From Lama guanicoe (Eukaryota), in contig MU054220.1 in NCBI GenBank assembly GCA_013239625.1, forward strand, positions 1,975,509 to 2,021,713: DNA of 46,205 nucleotides. Reading direction: 5' to 3'. Positions 1-12,889 of this stretch are shown piece by piece. Within the stretch, counting starts at the first letter, position 1. Each line of letters opens with the position of its first letter. The notes under the pieces are model-generated. The model ran no database searches. It saw only the letters and a list, made by a program, of their open reading frames with translations, and was not told where the DNA came from. Position numbers and translations under genes: made by a program.

Positions 1-764
1 TAAATCAGGGCAAGGGGAAAAGAACAGGGCAGGGAATCCTTGGCTGCAACAGCCGGCTTCAAAGAATTCAGTGTGCTGGGAACAACAGCCAACTGGGTGC
101 GACTGACTGCACCCTTGCACCAAAGCCAGAGAACAAAGATGAAGCGTGAGGAAATTAAGGAGATTCTTGAAGTGACTTCCCAGGAGGAATCTCAGACCAG
201 CCACACCCAGTCCCTTCATCTTAGTAAATAACTCAGCAAAACTGCAAATGGGTCTAGCTGAGTCCCTGCAGGATCCTGTCCCACAGAGTAGGGGATTTCT
301 TCCTCGTTGCAGCTACTTGCAACTTCCCAGACCCAGGCTTGCCTGCAGGCGAAGTATGTGCTCTCCCCAAGTCACGGCATGTTTATCAGAAGATGAACAA
401 ACAAACAGCAAATAGCTCTTGGAGGGTTTTCCCTATTTCCTGGCAGCAGCAGGAGGGCAGCTGTTGTATGGTTAAACTGGGATCTGGCCTTTTTAATACA
501 GTTTTAAAAGTTTCTACTAGAAACCTATTTTCTGTCTATCTGTGATGGTTAAACTGACTGCTCCTTCCAATGCGGGTTGAACTTACTGGAAATGGACTAT
601 AAATAAGCATGGCTCATCCAATCACCCAGCAGGCATTCATTAATTGATTCTCCCAGCATTTTCTGAGCACCTACAACAAGCAAAGGCACTGAATGGGCCT
701 TCAGAGAAAAAATATGCTGTCTCCGCCCCCAAAGGAACTAACAATGATACCACAATGACACAAG

Positions 765-925
765 CAACTGGCATTGATGGAGCAGTTATTATGGGCCAAG
801 GTTACTAAGTGCTTTAGTCCGTTATCTCATTCAGTTAATTTTCACAACACTGAAGTAGTGTACTCTCCATTTTACAGGTGAGAAAACTAAGGCCTGAAAC
901 AGTAACCCTGGTGACACAGCTATAC
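765..925 (-). mobile_element. MIR SINE fragment
   Basis: Reverse-orientation MIR core: 'ttatctcatt...ccattttacaggtgagaaaactaaggc'. Confidence 0.75.
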
Positions 926-1339
926 CCAATTTAAAAGGTGGCCCTAGGGCCACTTAACTTTAAAGTCTATCTCTATAGTGCTTCACATAGAGCCTGACAT
1001 TACAGGTTTAAAAGCTAGAAGGGGAGGTAGGAAAGACATAAAGATTGATTTATTCTTAACCCCATGTGATTGGTATCTTAGGAAAGAGATCACATGTTTG
1101 CTAGTAACTAAATACAAGGTACAACCAAATATATGCCCTAAGATCACTTTTGGACGGAGGTGAGGGAGGGGCGGGAGGGGAGGCAGTGGGAATGACAAGG
1201 GCTGAGCTGGGGCTACTTGACGATGTGTAGGAATGTGACAGACATGTGAGGAAGTCCTTCTACACAGATAGAAAAGCAAAATCAAAGGTATGTGAGGACT
1301 ATGTTAAAAAAAAAAAAGCTATGTGAGGGGAAAAAGCAT

Positions 1340-1545
1340 AAGGAGTGTTTGGGGGGAAGTGAATATCTGTGTGCGGTGAGAGTATAGGCTGTGAGCAGGA
1401 GAGCCGTGGTTGGACAGGCTGAGGTTACATCATGAGTGGCCTAAAGGTAAGGTACCCGAGTTTCTATTTCATAAGCAGGCAACAGAGAACCACTGATGTT
1501 CTAAGCAGGGGTGACAAGCCCAGGGCTCTGCTTTAGAGAATTATG
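1340..1545 (-). mobile_element. L2 LINE fragment
   Basis: Purine-rich L2-like text 'gagaaccactgatgttctaagcaggggtgaca...ctttagagaatta'. Confidence 0.55.
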
Positions 1546-1561
1546 TTTACAAAAGATCTTG

Positions 1562-2398
1562 CAGTCATGCTCAAGCTTCAATGTGTATCACAATCACCTG
1601 CTAAGCTTTTAAAAATGCATGGGCCCCACACAAAGTTCCAGAGCAACAGAAACTCTCATAAACTGCTGTTAAATGTGGGAAATGGTACAATCATTTTTGG
1701 AAATCTGGGAATCTGTCCTAAAGCTAAACATACACATTCCCAGCCATTCCACTCGTAAGTGCATACCTAAGAGAAATCTATCCACCAAGAGACACAGAAA
1801 AGTGTGTTTATAGCAACATTGTTTGTACTACCTCAAAACTGAAAGCAACCCAAATGCCACCTACTGTAGAATGGATAAATAAACTGTGGTTTATACATAA
1901 AATGGAATTCTGGACAACAATAAAAAAGAACAAACTGTAGCTAAACCCAGCAACAAATCAGAAATATAATGTTGAGCAAAAGAAGCCAGACCTGAAGAGT
2001 GTGTGCCTAATGATTCCAGCTACATGAAGTTCAAGATCAGGCACGTCTAGTTTAGGGCGATAAAAGTTAGCCTAGTGGCGACCCTAGAGGGGAGTCATGA
2101 CTGGAAGGGGACCAGAGGGAGGGAGCTAGGATACTGGTAATGTTCTCTATCTAGTTGGATATTACATGAGTATATTTATTTTGTAGAAATCTACTGAGCT
2201 GTAAATTTATTATTTTGCACACTTCTCTAAATGTTTTACTTCAATAAAAATGTTTTAGTTAAAACATTTCCAAAAAATGCATAGGTTCCAAACCTACAAA
2301 GTTCTGATTATACTGATATGGGATGGGGACTGGTCATCAGTATTTTTTTAAAGCTCCCTAAGTGAAACTGACATACAACCAGGTTGAAAATGGCTGAT
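1562..2398. mobile_element. MER5-like hAT MITE split by an L1 3' fragment (1621-2272, +)
   Basis: MER5-type halves 'cagtcatgctcaagctt..caatcacctg' and '..agctccctaagtga..aggttgaaaatggctg'. The L1 3' end between them is flanked by AAAAATGCAT at 1611-1620 and 2273-2282. Confidence 0.7.
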
Positions 2399-2443
2399 GT
2401 AGAGCAAGGACTGGAGCAAAGGAAAAAAAGTTAAGAAGTTACT

Positions 2444-2590
2444 CAGTATTTCCCACACTTGAGTGATTTTAAGAATCACCTGAAATGCTTATTAAACAAT
2501 AAATTTCCAGGTCTCTCCCCTGCTGACTGATTGAGTAGGTTGGAGATGAGATCAAGGAATCTCTTTTTTTTTTTGACAACCTCTCCGATG
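2444..2590. mobile_element. MER5-family hAT fragment
   Basis: 'cagtatttcccacactt..agaatcacctgaaatgcttattaaa..aggaatct' pattern. Confidence 0.5.
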
Positions 2591-3014
2591 TATTTAATTA
2601 GGGCTCTAAATTAGGGTCAGGTGGCGGCAGTGGGAATGACGAGCAGGTTATGCCAAGCAAAATAAAACTGGAAGAGATTAAATTTTCAACACTACTTATA
2701 CTTGCTTTTATATACTTCCAGCTTAAAACCCACCAAAACAACCAAATTTGAGTATGGTTTGTTGAATTGACATCTTTAACCTAAAGCAGTTTTATTTTGA
2801 CTCATAGTGTGTAAACTTTAATCATTTACTTTTGTCTCTAACCGAACCATGAGGGCAAGAGATTTCAGAAGCTTAAGAGATACATTCTGGTTTTGGGTAG
2901 ATCTGCTTCAGAGAACGGGTTTAATAACATCTCATGATAAAGTCTCCCTTCAGCTTAAATTTTTAAAAAACCTTCATTGTATGTTCAAAGAACCTCCCAG
3001 TTCTGCTTATTACT

Positions 3015-3800
3015 CAATGAGATACCACGTCACACCAATTTGGATACCTATTATCAAAACAACAGGAAATATCAAGTGTTGGTGAGGATATGGAGAAATT
3101 GTGAACTGTTGGTGAGACTGTAAAATGGTGTAGCTGCTGTGGAAAACAGTATGACAATTCCTTAAAAAGTTAAACGCAGAATTGTCATATGATCCAGCAA
3201 TTTCACTCCTAAGTATATACTCAAGAATCAAAGACAGGGACTCAAACAGATACTTGTACACCTGTATTCATGGCCCCATTGTTCACAACAGTCAAAAGGT
3301 AAAAACCCAACTGTCCACCGACAGATGAATGGATAAACAAAATATAACATATATACAATGCAGTATCATTCAGCCACAGAAAGGAATAAAATTCTGACAT
3401 ACACTACAACAAGGATGAACTGTGAAACATCATGCTTAGTGGAAAAAGCCAGACACAAAAAGACAAATCATATCCACTTATATGTGGTACCTAGAACAGT
3501 CAAGCACATAGAAACAGAAAAGAAAACAGCAGTTACCAGGGGCTGGAGGGGGAGAAACGGGGAGTTATTTTTTAATGGGTAAAATGTTTCAGTTTGAAAA
3601 GATAAAAAAGGGAGATGGATGGTGGTAATGGTTTCACAACAATGTGACTATAGTTAATACCACTGAATTGTATCCTTAAAGTGGTAAATTTTATGTTGTT
3701 TATATTTTATGACCAAAAAAAGATTTCTCAATTTAAAAAGTGGTTAGAATAGCAAATTTTATGTTATGCATATTTTACCATAAAAAAGACAATATTAAAA
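3015..3800 (+). mobile_element. L1 3' end (old L1MA/MB-type)
   Basis: 'caatgagataccac', 'gatccagcaatttcactcc', 'gatgaatggataaacaaaat', ending in A-rich tails. Confidence 0.9.
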
Positions 3801-3994
3801 AACACCTAGAATTGGTTTCAAGATGAGATGACTTCTAAGGTCCCTTCTAATTATAAAAATTTTTGAGACAGCATGATAACACGGAGAAAAGAGAAAGAGA
3901 ATCTAGTTGAAGAATGAGATCCTGACTCCTTGTTCTGAATTAAGAGTGTAACTCTACCTTTCAAGTGATTATAAATGGACCAAGAAGTTCTAGC

Positions 3995-4320
3995 AATGAT
4001 AGCAAACTCAAATGCCTCCAGAGGCCAGGCAGGAAACGTAAGCAGGTGAAGCCAGGCAGCTGGGGATGGTGGTAAATCTGAGGCTACGTGCCCTGTCTAA
4101 AGGGAGCAGCTGCATCTCCACCCTGGCGAACTGTCTCCCTGTTGGAATGTGGTCATGGGATTGGGAGGATTTTCCATTTTTAAGTGAAGTTGAATTGAGA
4201 TTTTTATGTTAAATGTTGGCATCTAATTTAAAAAACATATTTTTAATACTGCAAACCAAAGAAAATACATCTGCAGGCCAAGGCACGAGTGGTCAGCTGA
4301 CCACTGGTTTGTGATCTCTT
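3995..4320. mobile_element. hAT-Charlie type DNA transposon remnant (MER102-like)
   Basis: 'gcaaactcaaatgcctccagaggccaggcagg...catctgcaggcc..ccactggtttgtgatctct'. Family call is from memory. Confidence 0.45.
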
Positions 4321-4476
4321 TCACAGCAAAAAGGCTGGACCGGAATACAAAAGAAGGAAAGGAAGTACTACTAATCAGTTCTTCACCAGTGTTTAAAGTT
4401 TACATATAGATCATAATCTAAATCCTTCTAATCCTGGTTGAGAAGCAACAGTGGGTACTGAATATTATTTTAATTA

Positions 4477-4632
4477 GGTGTCACTAGCTCAAGTGGTAGC
4501 CTGCATGCCTAGCGTGCCTGGGGTCCTGAGTTCGATCCCCAGTACCGCCACTGAAAAATCAAATAAATAAATAAATAAACCTAATTACCTCCCCTTTGCA
4601 AAAAGAAAAAGAAAACATAAAAAAAAAAAAGA
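4477..4632 (+). mobile_element. tRNA-derived SINE (camelid Vic-1-like)
   Basis: A box TAGCTCAAGTGG, B box GAGTTCGATCC, then 'ccagtacc', (AAAT)n, 'aacctaattacctcccc' and an A-rich tail. Confidence 0.8.
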
Positions 4633-4929
4633 AATTGATTTCAGGTAAATGTCATAATAAATATTTAAAATAGTATAGCTTTGAATGGGCCAGTTTTTAG
4701 TAGGGCACCTGGAGCATGACATTTAGTGCCTTGAATATAGCAAGTGGTCAATAAGTGGTAGCTATTATTATTTTTAGATCAAGGCTCTTACACAATATTG
4801 AAAAGTTGGTGTAAAGCTGATTTTCAAAACCAATCCTACTCTCTAATAGAAGATGATACTATAATCCATTCAATAATATATCCTCTGTGTTGTGACTGGG
4901 AAATGGTGAGCCTGCATATTAAATAACAA

Positions 4930-5330
4930 AAAAGAAATTATTTACATATATTAGGTGTTAGGAATAGTTAGTGGCAAAACAGGGTTCTTGCTCTCATAAA
5001 GCTTACCATTTAATAAGGGAGATGGACATTAACAGTCATCCAAAAAATACTTAGAAACTGTAATAAATGATAACTAAAACTTACAGGATGATTTGAAAAA
5101 CAGTTATGAAGGGCTCTAATTCAGATGAGGAAGGGTCATAGAGAAGCCCCTTGAAGGAGCTGACCTTTAAACTAAGACCCAAAAGGAAAAAGAGAGGTCA
5201 GCAACCTACGGGTGTTATGTATGGAGGGTGAGGAGGGTTGGGTGGGAGAGGAGGTGGTGACAAAAGCATTCCAGGAATGCTTGTGTGACATGTGTGACAG
5301 CCCCAAATAACTGAAATAGAAAGAAGTGAA
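4930..5330 (-). mobile_element. L2 LINE fragment
   Basis: 'cttgctctcataaagcttaccattt...gaaggagctgacctttaaactaagaccc' L2-like text. Confidence 0.6.
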
Positions 5331-6029
5331 AATTAAACAGAGGGAAAGATTAAAGTTATTGGAGGTAGAGAGGTGATGGATTTGAGAGGACATGAATTGT
5401 CAACATTCTCCCTGGAGAAAAGATTCTGAAGAAGGAAGTAAAAATGAAAAAGGAAGGGAAAATTAGAGAAATTAGAGTAGAGGAGAAATAAGTAAAATGG
5501 GAGCTAGGAAACAGGAACTGGAGGTTGAAGAAGTTACTTATTGGCCACATCAGGTTTCTGGGGAAAATGATGAGAGGTGGTGCCCCAGTGGGAGCAAGTG
5601 GCCCAACCCGGCTCAGGGAGACCTCAGGAGTGACGAGATCGCCGGGAAGGATTTTTGTTTGTTTAAAAAAAGTTACAAAAGCAACAAATGCACTTTAATA
5701 TTTCAAACATGACAGCCACTCCACTCCTAAGGTAAGCCCCGTCAATCCTCACAGAATGGTTTTTAGTGGTGAGGATGAGGATTAGTGACCAGCAAAATCA
5801 AGTGGAAGTTTGAGATAATGACACAGAGACGTCAGACCAAAAGCTTTATTTCAGCCTAGCATGTCTGCATTTTCCCTGAGATCATTTCACTCATCACAGC
5901 ATTCGATATTTTAGAAACAAAGTAACAGGTTTTTATATGATCATACAGACCCACTGGAATGCCCTGATTCCCTAGAATGTGAACTCCTTTATAAAGCAGG
6001 GATTTTTTTTCCCCAGTCTCTGGTTATCA

Positions 6030-7330
6030 GAGCACAAACGCCATGAGAGCAAGGATTTCTCTCTAGCCCACTCACTGCTTTATCATCAGCAACTGAGATA
6101 TAACTGTTTATTGAATGAAAGAATATGCCTAGACTATGAAGACAAAAATCGCAGTAAATTCAGAGTAAAACATAAACGGTGAAAGGAAAGGAAAAAAGGA
6201 AGGGAGTGATGAAATTGGCAATATTTGCACTTCTGGCATTCATTTTTGACTCTTCTCTCCCACACTCTACAGCCAATCAATCGGCAAGTCCTGTCAAATC
6301 AACTCCTTAAATAGCTCTGCATCTCCACGGCTGCTTCCCGTTTGATGGCAAGTGTCTCCCATCTAGTCTCTGGTTTGGTCTTAACTACCTGCCTTCCATT
6401 CTGTTTTCCCATGTTTTGCCAGTGTCATATGTGAAAATGTCACACAAATTGATACGGTTCTACTGACTTTGGGAGAAAGCATAAACTCTAGAGCACGCAG
6501 AGCCCCTCCTTACCTGGGATACACACGTTCAGTCAGTCCAGCAGTAGTTAAGAATGTGGCCTGTGTGAAGACTTCAGTTTGAATGTGAGTTGTGCTACTT
6601 ACAAATTATATGGCCTTGTGCCAGTCATTTGACTTCTCAGTTTCTTTATATAATAAAACAGGATAATAATCATACCAACTCACGTTTGTTGCGTGGATTA
6701 AGTGAATGAATACATGCATAGCATTTTGCTCAGTGGCTGGCACACTTTCTGTTGCCTCTTCTCATCATTTCCCAAAGGCACCATGTTGTTTCATGTCATT
6801 ATACTTTTAAAAATGTTTTTTTCTTTTTAGAATGTACTCCTTCTTTGCTTGACAGCTCTCTGCTGCTCCAAGATCCATCCTAATTGCCTTTACTTCTTCA
6901 CAGCCTTCTCCAGCTTCTGCAGGAAGAACAATTTCTTTCCTTGTGCTGTCGCTGACTCTTACACAGGGCTTTACTAATCACTTACACTCTATGGAAACTA
7001 CTTCCAGGTTACTCTGTTTCTTCCCTTGGAATGTGAGCTCCTTGAGAGCAAGCACTGGCATTTACTTATTTGTATTTCCAGCATCTTACACACTCTCTGA
7101 TACACATTAAAAACATAACGCTGTCTCTAGTCAGCTCTCTGGCTTCTTTGGCATTGGCTTTTTCACTTACTAGGTGTGTGACCTAGATTTAACTTTTTAA
7201 ATCTCAGTTGCACTTTCTGTGCAAAGGAGATAATAATAGTATCTACCTAACATGTAGGATTGTTGTGAAGAAAAATGAGATAATCTATACAGGAAGTATT
7301 TTAATAAATATTAACTATTATTATCATTAT
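6030..7330 (+). mobile_element. Cluster of L2 fragments with MIRs (about 6535-6745 and 7165-7330)
   Basis: L2 3' motifs 'tgtttattgaatgaa' and 'gaatgtgagctccttgagagcaag'; MIR cores 'ctcagttttctttatataataaaacaggataata' and 'taggattgttgtgaag'. Confidence 0.65.
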
Positions 7331-7334
7331 TTTC

Positions 7335-8150
7335 ATTTCTGATATTGTATTTTATATGTCTAGAAATTCTATTTGGACCTTTCTAATATCTTCCATTTAT
7401 CTCTTAATCATATTCATGTTTTCCTTTACATACTTGAGCATATTTTTATGACTTAAAATAACTGTTTAAAGGTACTTGTTAGCTAATTCCCTCATCTGTC
7501 ATTTCTGAGTCTGTGTTGCTATTGATTGATTTTCTTTCTGGTTATAGGTCATATCTTCTTGCTTCCTCTAGTTTTTAATTGGATGCCAGACTTCATGAAT
7601 TTTATGTTGTTGAGTGCTGGATTTTGTTGAATTCCTTTATGGAGTTTTGAATTTTGTTCTGGTATGCAGTAATTTGCAGCTCAGTCTAATGCTTAAGCTG
7701 CTGAGGGCTCTATCCAATGCCCTGTGTATTTTGAGATTTCTCCACTCCAGCTGGAAGAAGTGTGAACTAGTCCTGTTCATACTCCAGGAATTGTTTGGCC
7801 TACTATTTTCTGGTGGTTCTTTTTCCAACCCACACATGTGCAGGGTTTGTAGCCAAAGACTCAAATACCTCTTTGCAGCTCTCCGAAGCTAACTGAGCAA
7901 CACCCTCCTCTCTGGTACTTAGCCCTGTAGATTCTGGCCACCTTGGCTTCCTGAACCCCCGCCTTTGCCTCCTCAACTCAGTAAGACCTCCAGGCTCTTT
8001 GATGATCTCCCTGTCACTAGGCAACTACCTCCCAGGGACCACAGCTCCACGTTGCTTGTTGGCCAATGTCTGAAACAGTCGTTTCAGATACTTTGTCAAT
8101 TTTCTAGTTTTTGCTAGCATGACAATTCCCTTGGTAGGTACTTCTTCATG
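7335..8150 (-). mobile_element. Old L1 (L1M-type) 5'/ORF1 region fragment
   Basis: T-rich 'tctagaaattctatttgg', 'ggatgccagac..gaattttatgttgttgagtgctggatttt', typical of antisense old L1. Confidence 0.6.
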
Positions 8151-9629
8151 GACGGGAGAAATACCCATCATTTTATTAAATGAAATGTATATGTTCACTG
8201 GTAAAATCACAAAGCTCAAAACTAAATTCTCACAAACTGTGAAAATAAACTGTGGACAAAAGCTCTTTTGAGCCAGTATCCCCAAATAGAAGTAAAGATT
8301 TACAAGGAAATTTTAATCTTTGCCAGACTCGGAAAATTTAGATTAATCTTTCTGTTTTGAAAGAAATACCAAACCGAGAAGGTGAATTTTAAAGACTTAT
8401 TACATTTGAATAGATCTTTTTGCTTCCAAGAGTCTAAAGTTGTCTAGATAGCAAGAGGTTCATTATAGTCTTCATGAGGTTATTTGAAATTCAGAAATAG
8501 GGAAATCAGCATCATTCAATACTCAGTCATGCAGAAATGACATTGCATCTCTGTACTTGCTAAAAACTGGGATAAATATTTCTTGCCAGAAGGGATCAGG
8601 TCCTTAGTTTTCTACAGGTGGCTTCACTTTTAGATACGTTATGCTGGAACTCTACTCTTCTTTTGCTAACTCCCAAAAGGGTTAGTTTCCTCTTGGTAGT
8701 GCTAAAATGTGTATATGATGTTCTAAGGAAGTTATCTGCAGAAGAACAATAATAGCAGCTGCACTGAGGAGGAGCTTGGTACTTGGCATTCTAATTGAAA
8801 AAATGGGACTCAATAAATGGTTTCCTTTGGAATCTTGCCTCTGAGTGGTTTTGCTCATTCTGGATTAAAATTGGGGACTGACACATTCTGGGACTGAAAG
8901 ATGTTCTAAAGTTTCCTGGAAAAATGGAGAATATATTTACAACTATTTAACCAAAGATTTGAGGATCACCTAGACAGAAATGTTGCATTTGGTCTTTAAG
9001 AAATCAGAGACAGATTAAGAAGCATGACAGTAAGTATCCAGCATAAAATCTAGCTCTTGTTCGTGGCACAGGAGAAACAGGGAGAACTTGTAGCTGCTTC
9101 CTCTAAGCAGCTGGGTGAATCATTGGCAGCTGCCATAAGAAAGATAAAGAAAACCACATCTGCTTAGAGTCCACTGCTATATGGATTCCTTGTGATAGTA
9201 AATATATTATTGAAGAGACCCCACTTTGAAATCAGGAAGATAATTAAGGATATCTGAAGACTGTTTCCCATAGTTATCCCCATGGCTATTTCACAGAAAC
9301 CAGCTCAAGCAATATGAACCATTCTTCAATATACTGAGTATTCAATAAATAATTGCTGATTAAGGGGCAGAGAAAGGATTAGGAAAGACAGGTTCTGCTG
9401 AACCAGTACAAAATTGACCTATGCACTCACTGTTTCCAACTTTGTTCATGCAGAGACCAATGAGATAGTTTCACTGACCTAGTTCACTTAAAACTGAGTT
9501 CACACTGATTTTCGCCTACTAGTCATACATTTTGTAAAGAAGATGATGCTGTTCTCAGTACAGTAAGTACTTACTGCACAATAGTATAATCAAGATTGAT
9601 GATCTCTAGAGTTACATGTCAATAGTAGA

Positions 9630-10215
9630 AATAGCATATTAGCATATTAGTAAATCTGGGTTCTATTTCCAACCTTGCTACTAATCCACTGTGCAATCCT
9701 TCTGCAAGTTACATAACTTCGTTATTTATAGAATGGGTGCAATAATACCTGCCTTATCTATTTCATCTATTTCTTAGGATAGTGAAATGATCTAATAAGA
9801 AAGTAGGTAGAAGGAGTTACAGCAAAAAGGTTTCAGTAGTAGCAGTAGAATCAATTAGAGCAGGGGAGGGGATCTCGTAAATTCAATGAAAGCAGGGAGC
9901 GTATCTGTTCAATTACTATAACCCCAGCGTCAGGCACAGAGTAAGTATACCAGAAATATGTGTTGAATGAATGAGGAAATAGGGGTATTTCAGCTTTCAC
10001 TTTGCCAAAATAAAGTCTCAATAAAGACATTTTTGATCAGTGTTTTTCTTAATATTATCCTTGGATTATAATAATAAATTGATGAATTAACAATATGCAA
10101 ACTGAATTTAGTTTCATTTGTTATAAAATGGGAATTATAGTATCTACCACAAAGAGATGTGAAGATTAAATGAATTACTGCAGCTAATGTGCTCAGAGAT
10201 ACACTTGGGTCTTAA
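9630..10215 (+). mobile_element. MIR / L2 / MIR fragments inserted in the Maverick pPolB
   Basis: MIR-like 'aatctgggttctatttccaaccttgctact..aataatacctgcctt' (~9640-9830); L2 tail 'gcacagagtaag..tgttgaatgaatga' (~9865-9975); MIR core 'agtttcatttgttataaaatggg..gaagattaaatga' (~10100-10210). Confidence 0.7.
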
Positions 10216-12318
10216 GTGATGGCGATGGTGACAGTGATAGTGCTGGTAGTATCTCTGACACAAGACAGATCCTTAAAAATAAGGTGCTCCTAGAGCCTTG
10301 AGTAGCATGCATTCAGACAGTAGTTACAGGAGCAAAACAAAGAAATTTGCAAGGAATAAACGAAGGCAAGAACAGAATTTGGGAAGACTTACCACCATTT
10401 TTGCCCACGGTGCGGAAGCATCTCCAGAAGGCCCGTAAGAATGATGCTCTGTTGTGAGGGGTGGCTTGGATGAAGCTGAATTCCCGAAACAGAATGTGAG
10501 TTCCCTGACATACACTGTTAAAACTGCAAAGAGAAAAGTCAAGAGATCGTCATTAAGAAGTTACAGAAGGCTGGAAATAGAATGAAGAATCAAAAATATA
10601 TAGAACCACTGCCCAAAAGAAGGAAAATTGTTTTTTCTCCAAGAAAACTCTCAACTATAGATTAGACCATGTCCTTCTATGAGGAAGTCTCTTTGCATAA
10701 CCATATTCCTTTGAAAACTTGGGAGTCCAGTACCTCTGAGGGCTTCCCACCTCCCACATAAATATACTGAGGAAGTTTTAATCAGTCACTAGAGCATCTC
10801 ATATAGAGGGATATCTTTCAGTCTTTAGCTGGATGACACTGGCACTTACCTTTCTGGAGACTACTTCTCCCCCTACCCCATTTGGAATCATGTTTCCTTA
10901 ATTATATTCTTTTTTTGTATTTTCTCTGACCTATATCAGATGGCTTAAAGAACAACATGGCTTATGGGGACTTAATTGGATTGTCTGTCCCAGTTTGGGG
11001 GAAGTATTGTATACCTCTCTGACAGTAACCTTAGAGGAAAATCCATGTGCCAAAGGATATAAAAGGTTCCAGACAGACACTAAAGGCAAATAAGAAAAAT
11101 GAGAGTAGACAGTGGTCCCTGAATGAGAGTATGAAGCAAAGCCCGAGGGTCCAAGTGAGTCATTGTTTAAGCTGGGCCAGGGAAGGGGAAAAAGTCTACT
11201 CCATTGCCTTTGGGTGCTTCTGCCAAAGAAATAAAGGCTGAAGAGCCTGGCGTAACCTAAAAATGGAAAATCCACCGAAGAATAGGCAATTATCCAGTAA
11301 TCATCACCACCAAAGGCAGATTTCTGGTTCCAGAAAACTCCTAAAGTCCCTGACAAGCAAATCATGAGTGGAAAATATGTTAATCTTTGTAGAGAAGCAG
11401 ACATTAAACTGAAGATGTCAAGCAATAGAGGGATAGTGGTAATTCCAAATGCCATTTTTCATTTGTTTACCATTTAGAGGGAAAAATTCTGAATCTCTGA
11501 AATAAATACAAAAAAATTTAAGATGGCATCTAATCCGTTTTCCTTTTCCCTGACCAAGTTCAGAGGGAAGTGTCTAGCTGTCTTTAACATAGAGTATATT
11601 ATCACTTAGGATAAAATTAGCCTCTTCCTGTTACTATTAACAAGGCCGTATGAAAAAGCAAATTATATCCCTTTCTCCCCCCATGGAAAACTAGCACAGA
11701 AATCCACTTCTAAGATACTGTGAGGAAGTATGAGGACAACATCTGGCAAAGAGTTAGGTCAAAAGAGAGATTTTTTTAAAAAGGGTTAACCTAATCATGC
11801 AATTTGCAATGCTGTTGTCTTAAAGAAAATGAAAAATAAAGCAAATGGCCTGTTACAGGTAAATGGAGTAGGTCACATTTCTAGCAAATGAAGTCTAAAA
11901 TGATACCATTCTAGCCTAAATTTATGAAGCAACCCGGCAAAGAATTAGTCCCAAAGTGTGCTTCATACCCTCAAGGGAAAAAAGCTGATGTCTAGGTCAC
12001 AGTCTAGGCTATAAAGGAACTAATACCGGTGAAATTATATCTTTAGTGTAGCTTTGAAAGAATATCTTTTTTTAAACTGGAGAATGATTTATGCATCAAA
12101 GAATTGAGCTGAGCTTTATCGTACAGATAAGTAAGAATATAAACAAGAATTTATAAAATAGGAATTTTATACAACAGATAGGCATATAATACTGAATACA
12201 AAAAGATTTATAATTGTATTTACACTACTGCCTTTAGATAATTCATACCAATGAAATTCACATTTAATTAAAAATAAAAATAATTAGAAATGTTTGATTA
12301 GGGTGGCAGCTGATCAGT

Positions 12319-12720
12319 ATGGAGATCATAATCACTAAGCCAGAAAGAGAAAGAAAAATACCACGAGATCGCTCTTACGTGGAATCTAAAAAAAAAAAAA
12401 AAAGAACATAAATACAAAACAGAAACAGACTCATAGACATAGAATAAAAACTTGTGGTTGCCAAGGGGGCAGGGAAGGGGAAGGGACAGAATGGGATTTC
12501 AAAATTTGTAGATACTGACAGGCATATGTATTATAGATAAACAAGATTATACTGTATAGCACAGGGAAATATATACAAGATCTTGTAGTAGCTCACAGCA
12601 AAAAAAAAAGTGACAATGAATATATGTATGTTTATGTATAACTGAAAAATTGTGCTCTACACTGGAATTTGACACAACATTGTAAAATGACTATAACTCA
12701 ATAAAAAATGTTTTAAAAAA
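12319..12720 (+). mobile_element. Lineage-specific (camelid-type) L1 3' end
   Basis: 'acagactcatagacatagaa..cttgtggttgccaagggg..tactgtatagcacaggg..aataaaaa'; closely similar to 30072-30318. Confidence 0.9.
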
Positions 12721-12736
12721 GTTAATAGATGATCTT

Positions 12737-12804
12737 TTTTAAAACAATTAAAGTATAGTCAGTTTCAATGTGTCAATTTTTGGTGTACAACATAATGTTT
12801 CAGC
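12737..12804 (-). mobile_element. Very short L1 3'-end insertion with TSD
   Basis: 'aaagtatagtcagtttcaatg..ggtgtacaacataatg' flanked by AGATGATCTT (12727-12736) and AGACGATCTT (12805-12814). Confidence 0.7.
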
Positions 12805-12889
12805 AGACGATCTTAATATAATTAGTGAAATTCTTTTACATATGATAGCTGTAAAGAAAAAGCAGAAAACACGATGTTGCTCAAAGCTG

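Larger units (their letters stand above)
8350..12835 (+). pseudogene. Maverick protein-primed DNA polymerase B (pPolB) remnant
   Basis: Collinear motifs across stops and frameshifts (recalled consensus after 'cf.'): HILGLKDVLKFPG 8882-8920; HCYMDSL 9172-9192; TTIFAH 10391-10408 (cf. exonuclease AHN); NQKYIEPLP 10588-10614 (cf. ENQNYVGPMP); FSWMTLA 10824-10844 (cf. PF.YITLAS); IRWL ~10935; FGCF 11209-11220 (cf. EFxGCF); LYPFLP 11663, GKL 11685 and PLLRYCEE 11704-11727 (cf. PVLP..GKLMFPLCRTCAE); ASYP 11960 (cf. ASGYP); KLENDLCIK 12074-12100 (cf. KLxLNSLWGK); YTTAF 12221-12235 (cf. FTTAYARL); CLIRVAAD 12291-12314 (cf. CLYxDTD); DDLNIISEI 12806-12832 (cf. DYLGDLTSEI). Confidence 0.85.

Noticed and set aside
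4477..4550. tRNA gene (A and B boxes present)
   Set aside because: It continues into a SINE body and A-rich tail, and a related copy with a TSD occurs at 28458-28536. It is a tRNA-derived SINE.
5709..5737. ATG followed by a splice-donor-like AAG|GTAAGC as a first coding exon
   Set aside because: No promoter context and no downstream exon found. Such matches are expected by chance.
8280..9600. Endogenous bornavirus or filovirus nucleoprotein, or a GVIN1-like single-exon pseudogene
   Set aside because: No diagnostic motifs of these proteins. The motifs present continue collinearly into pPolB.
10931..11455. 174-aa minus-strand ORF as a gene
   Set aside because: No recognisable domain. It is antisense to the pPolB remnant.
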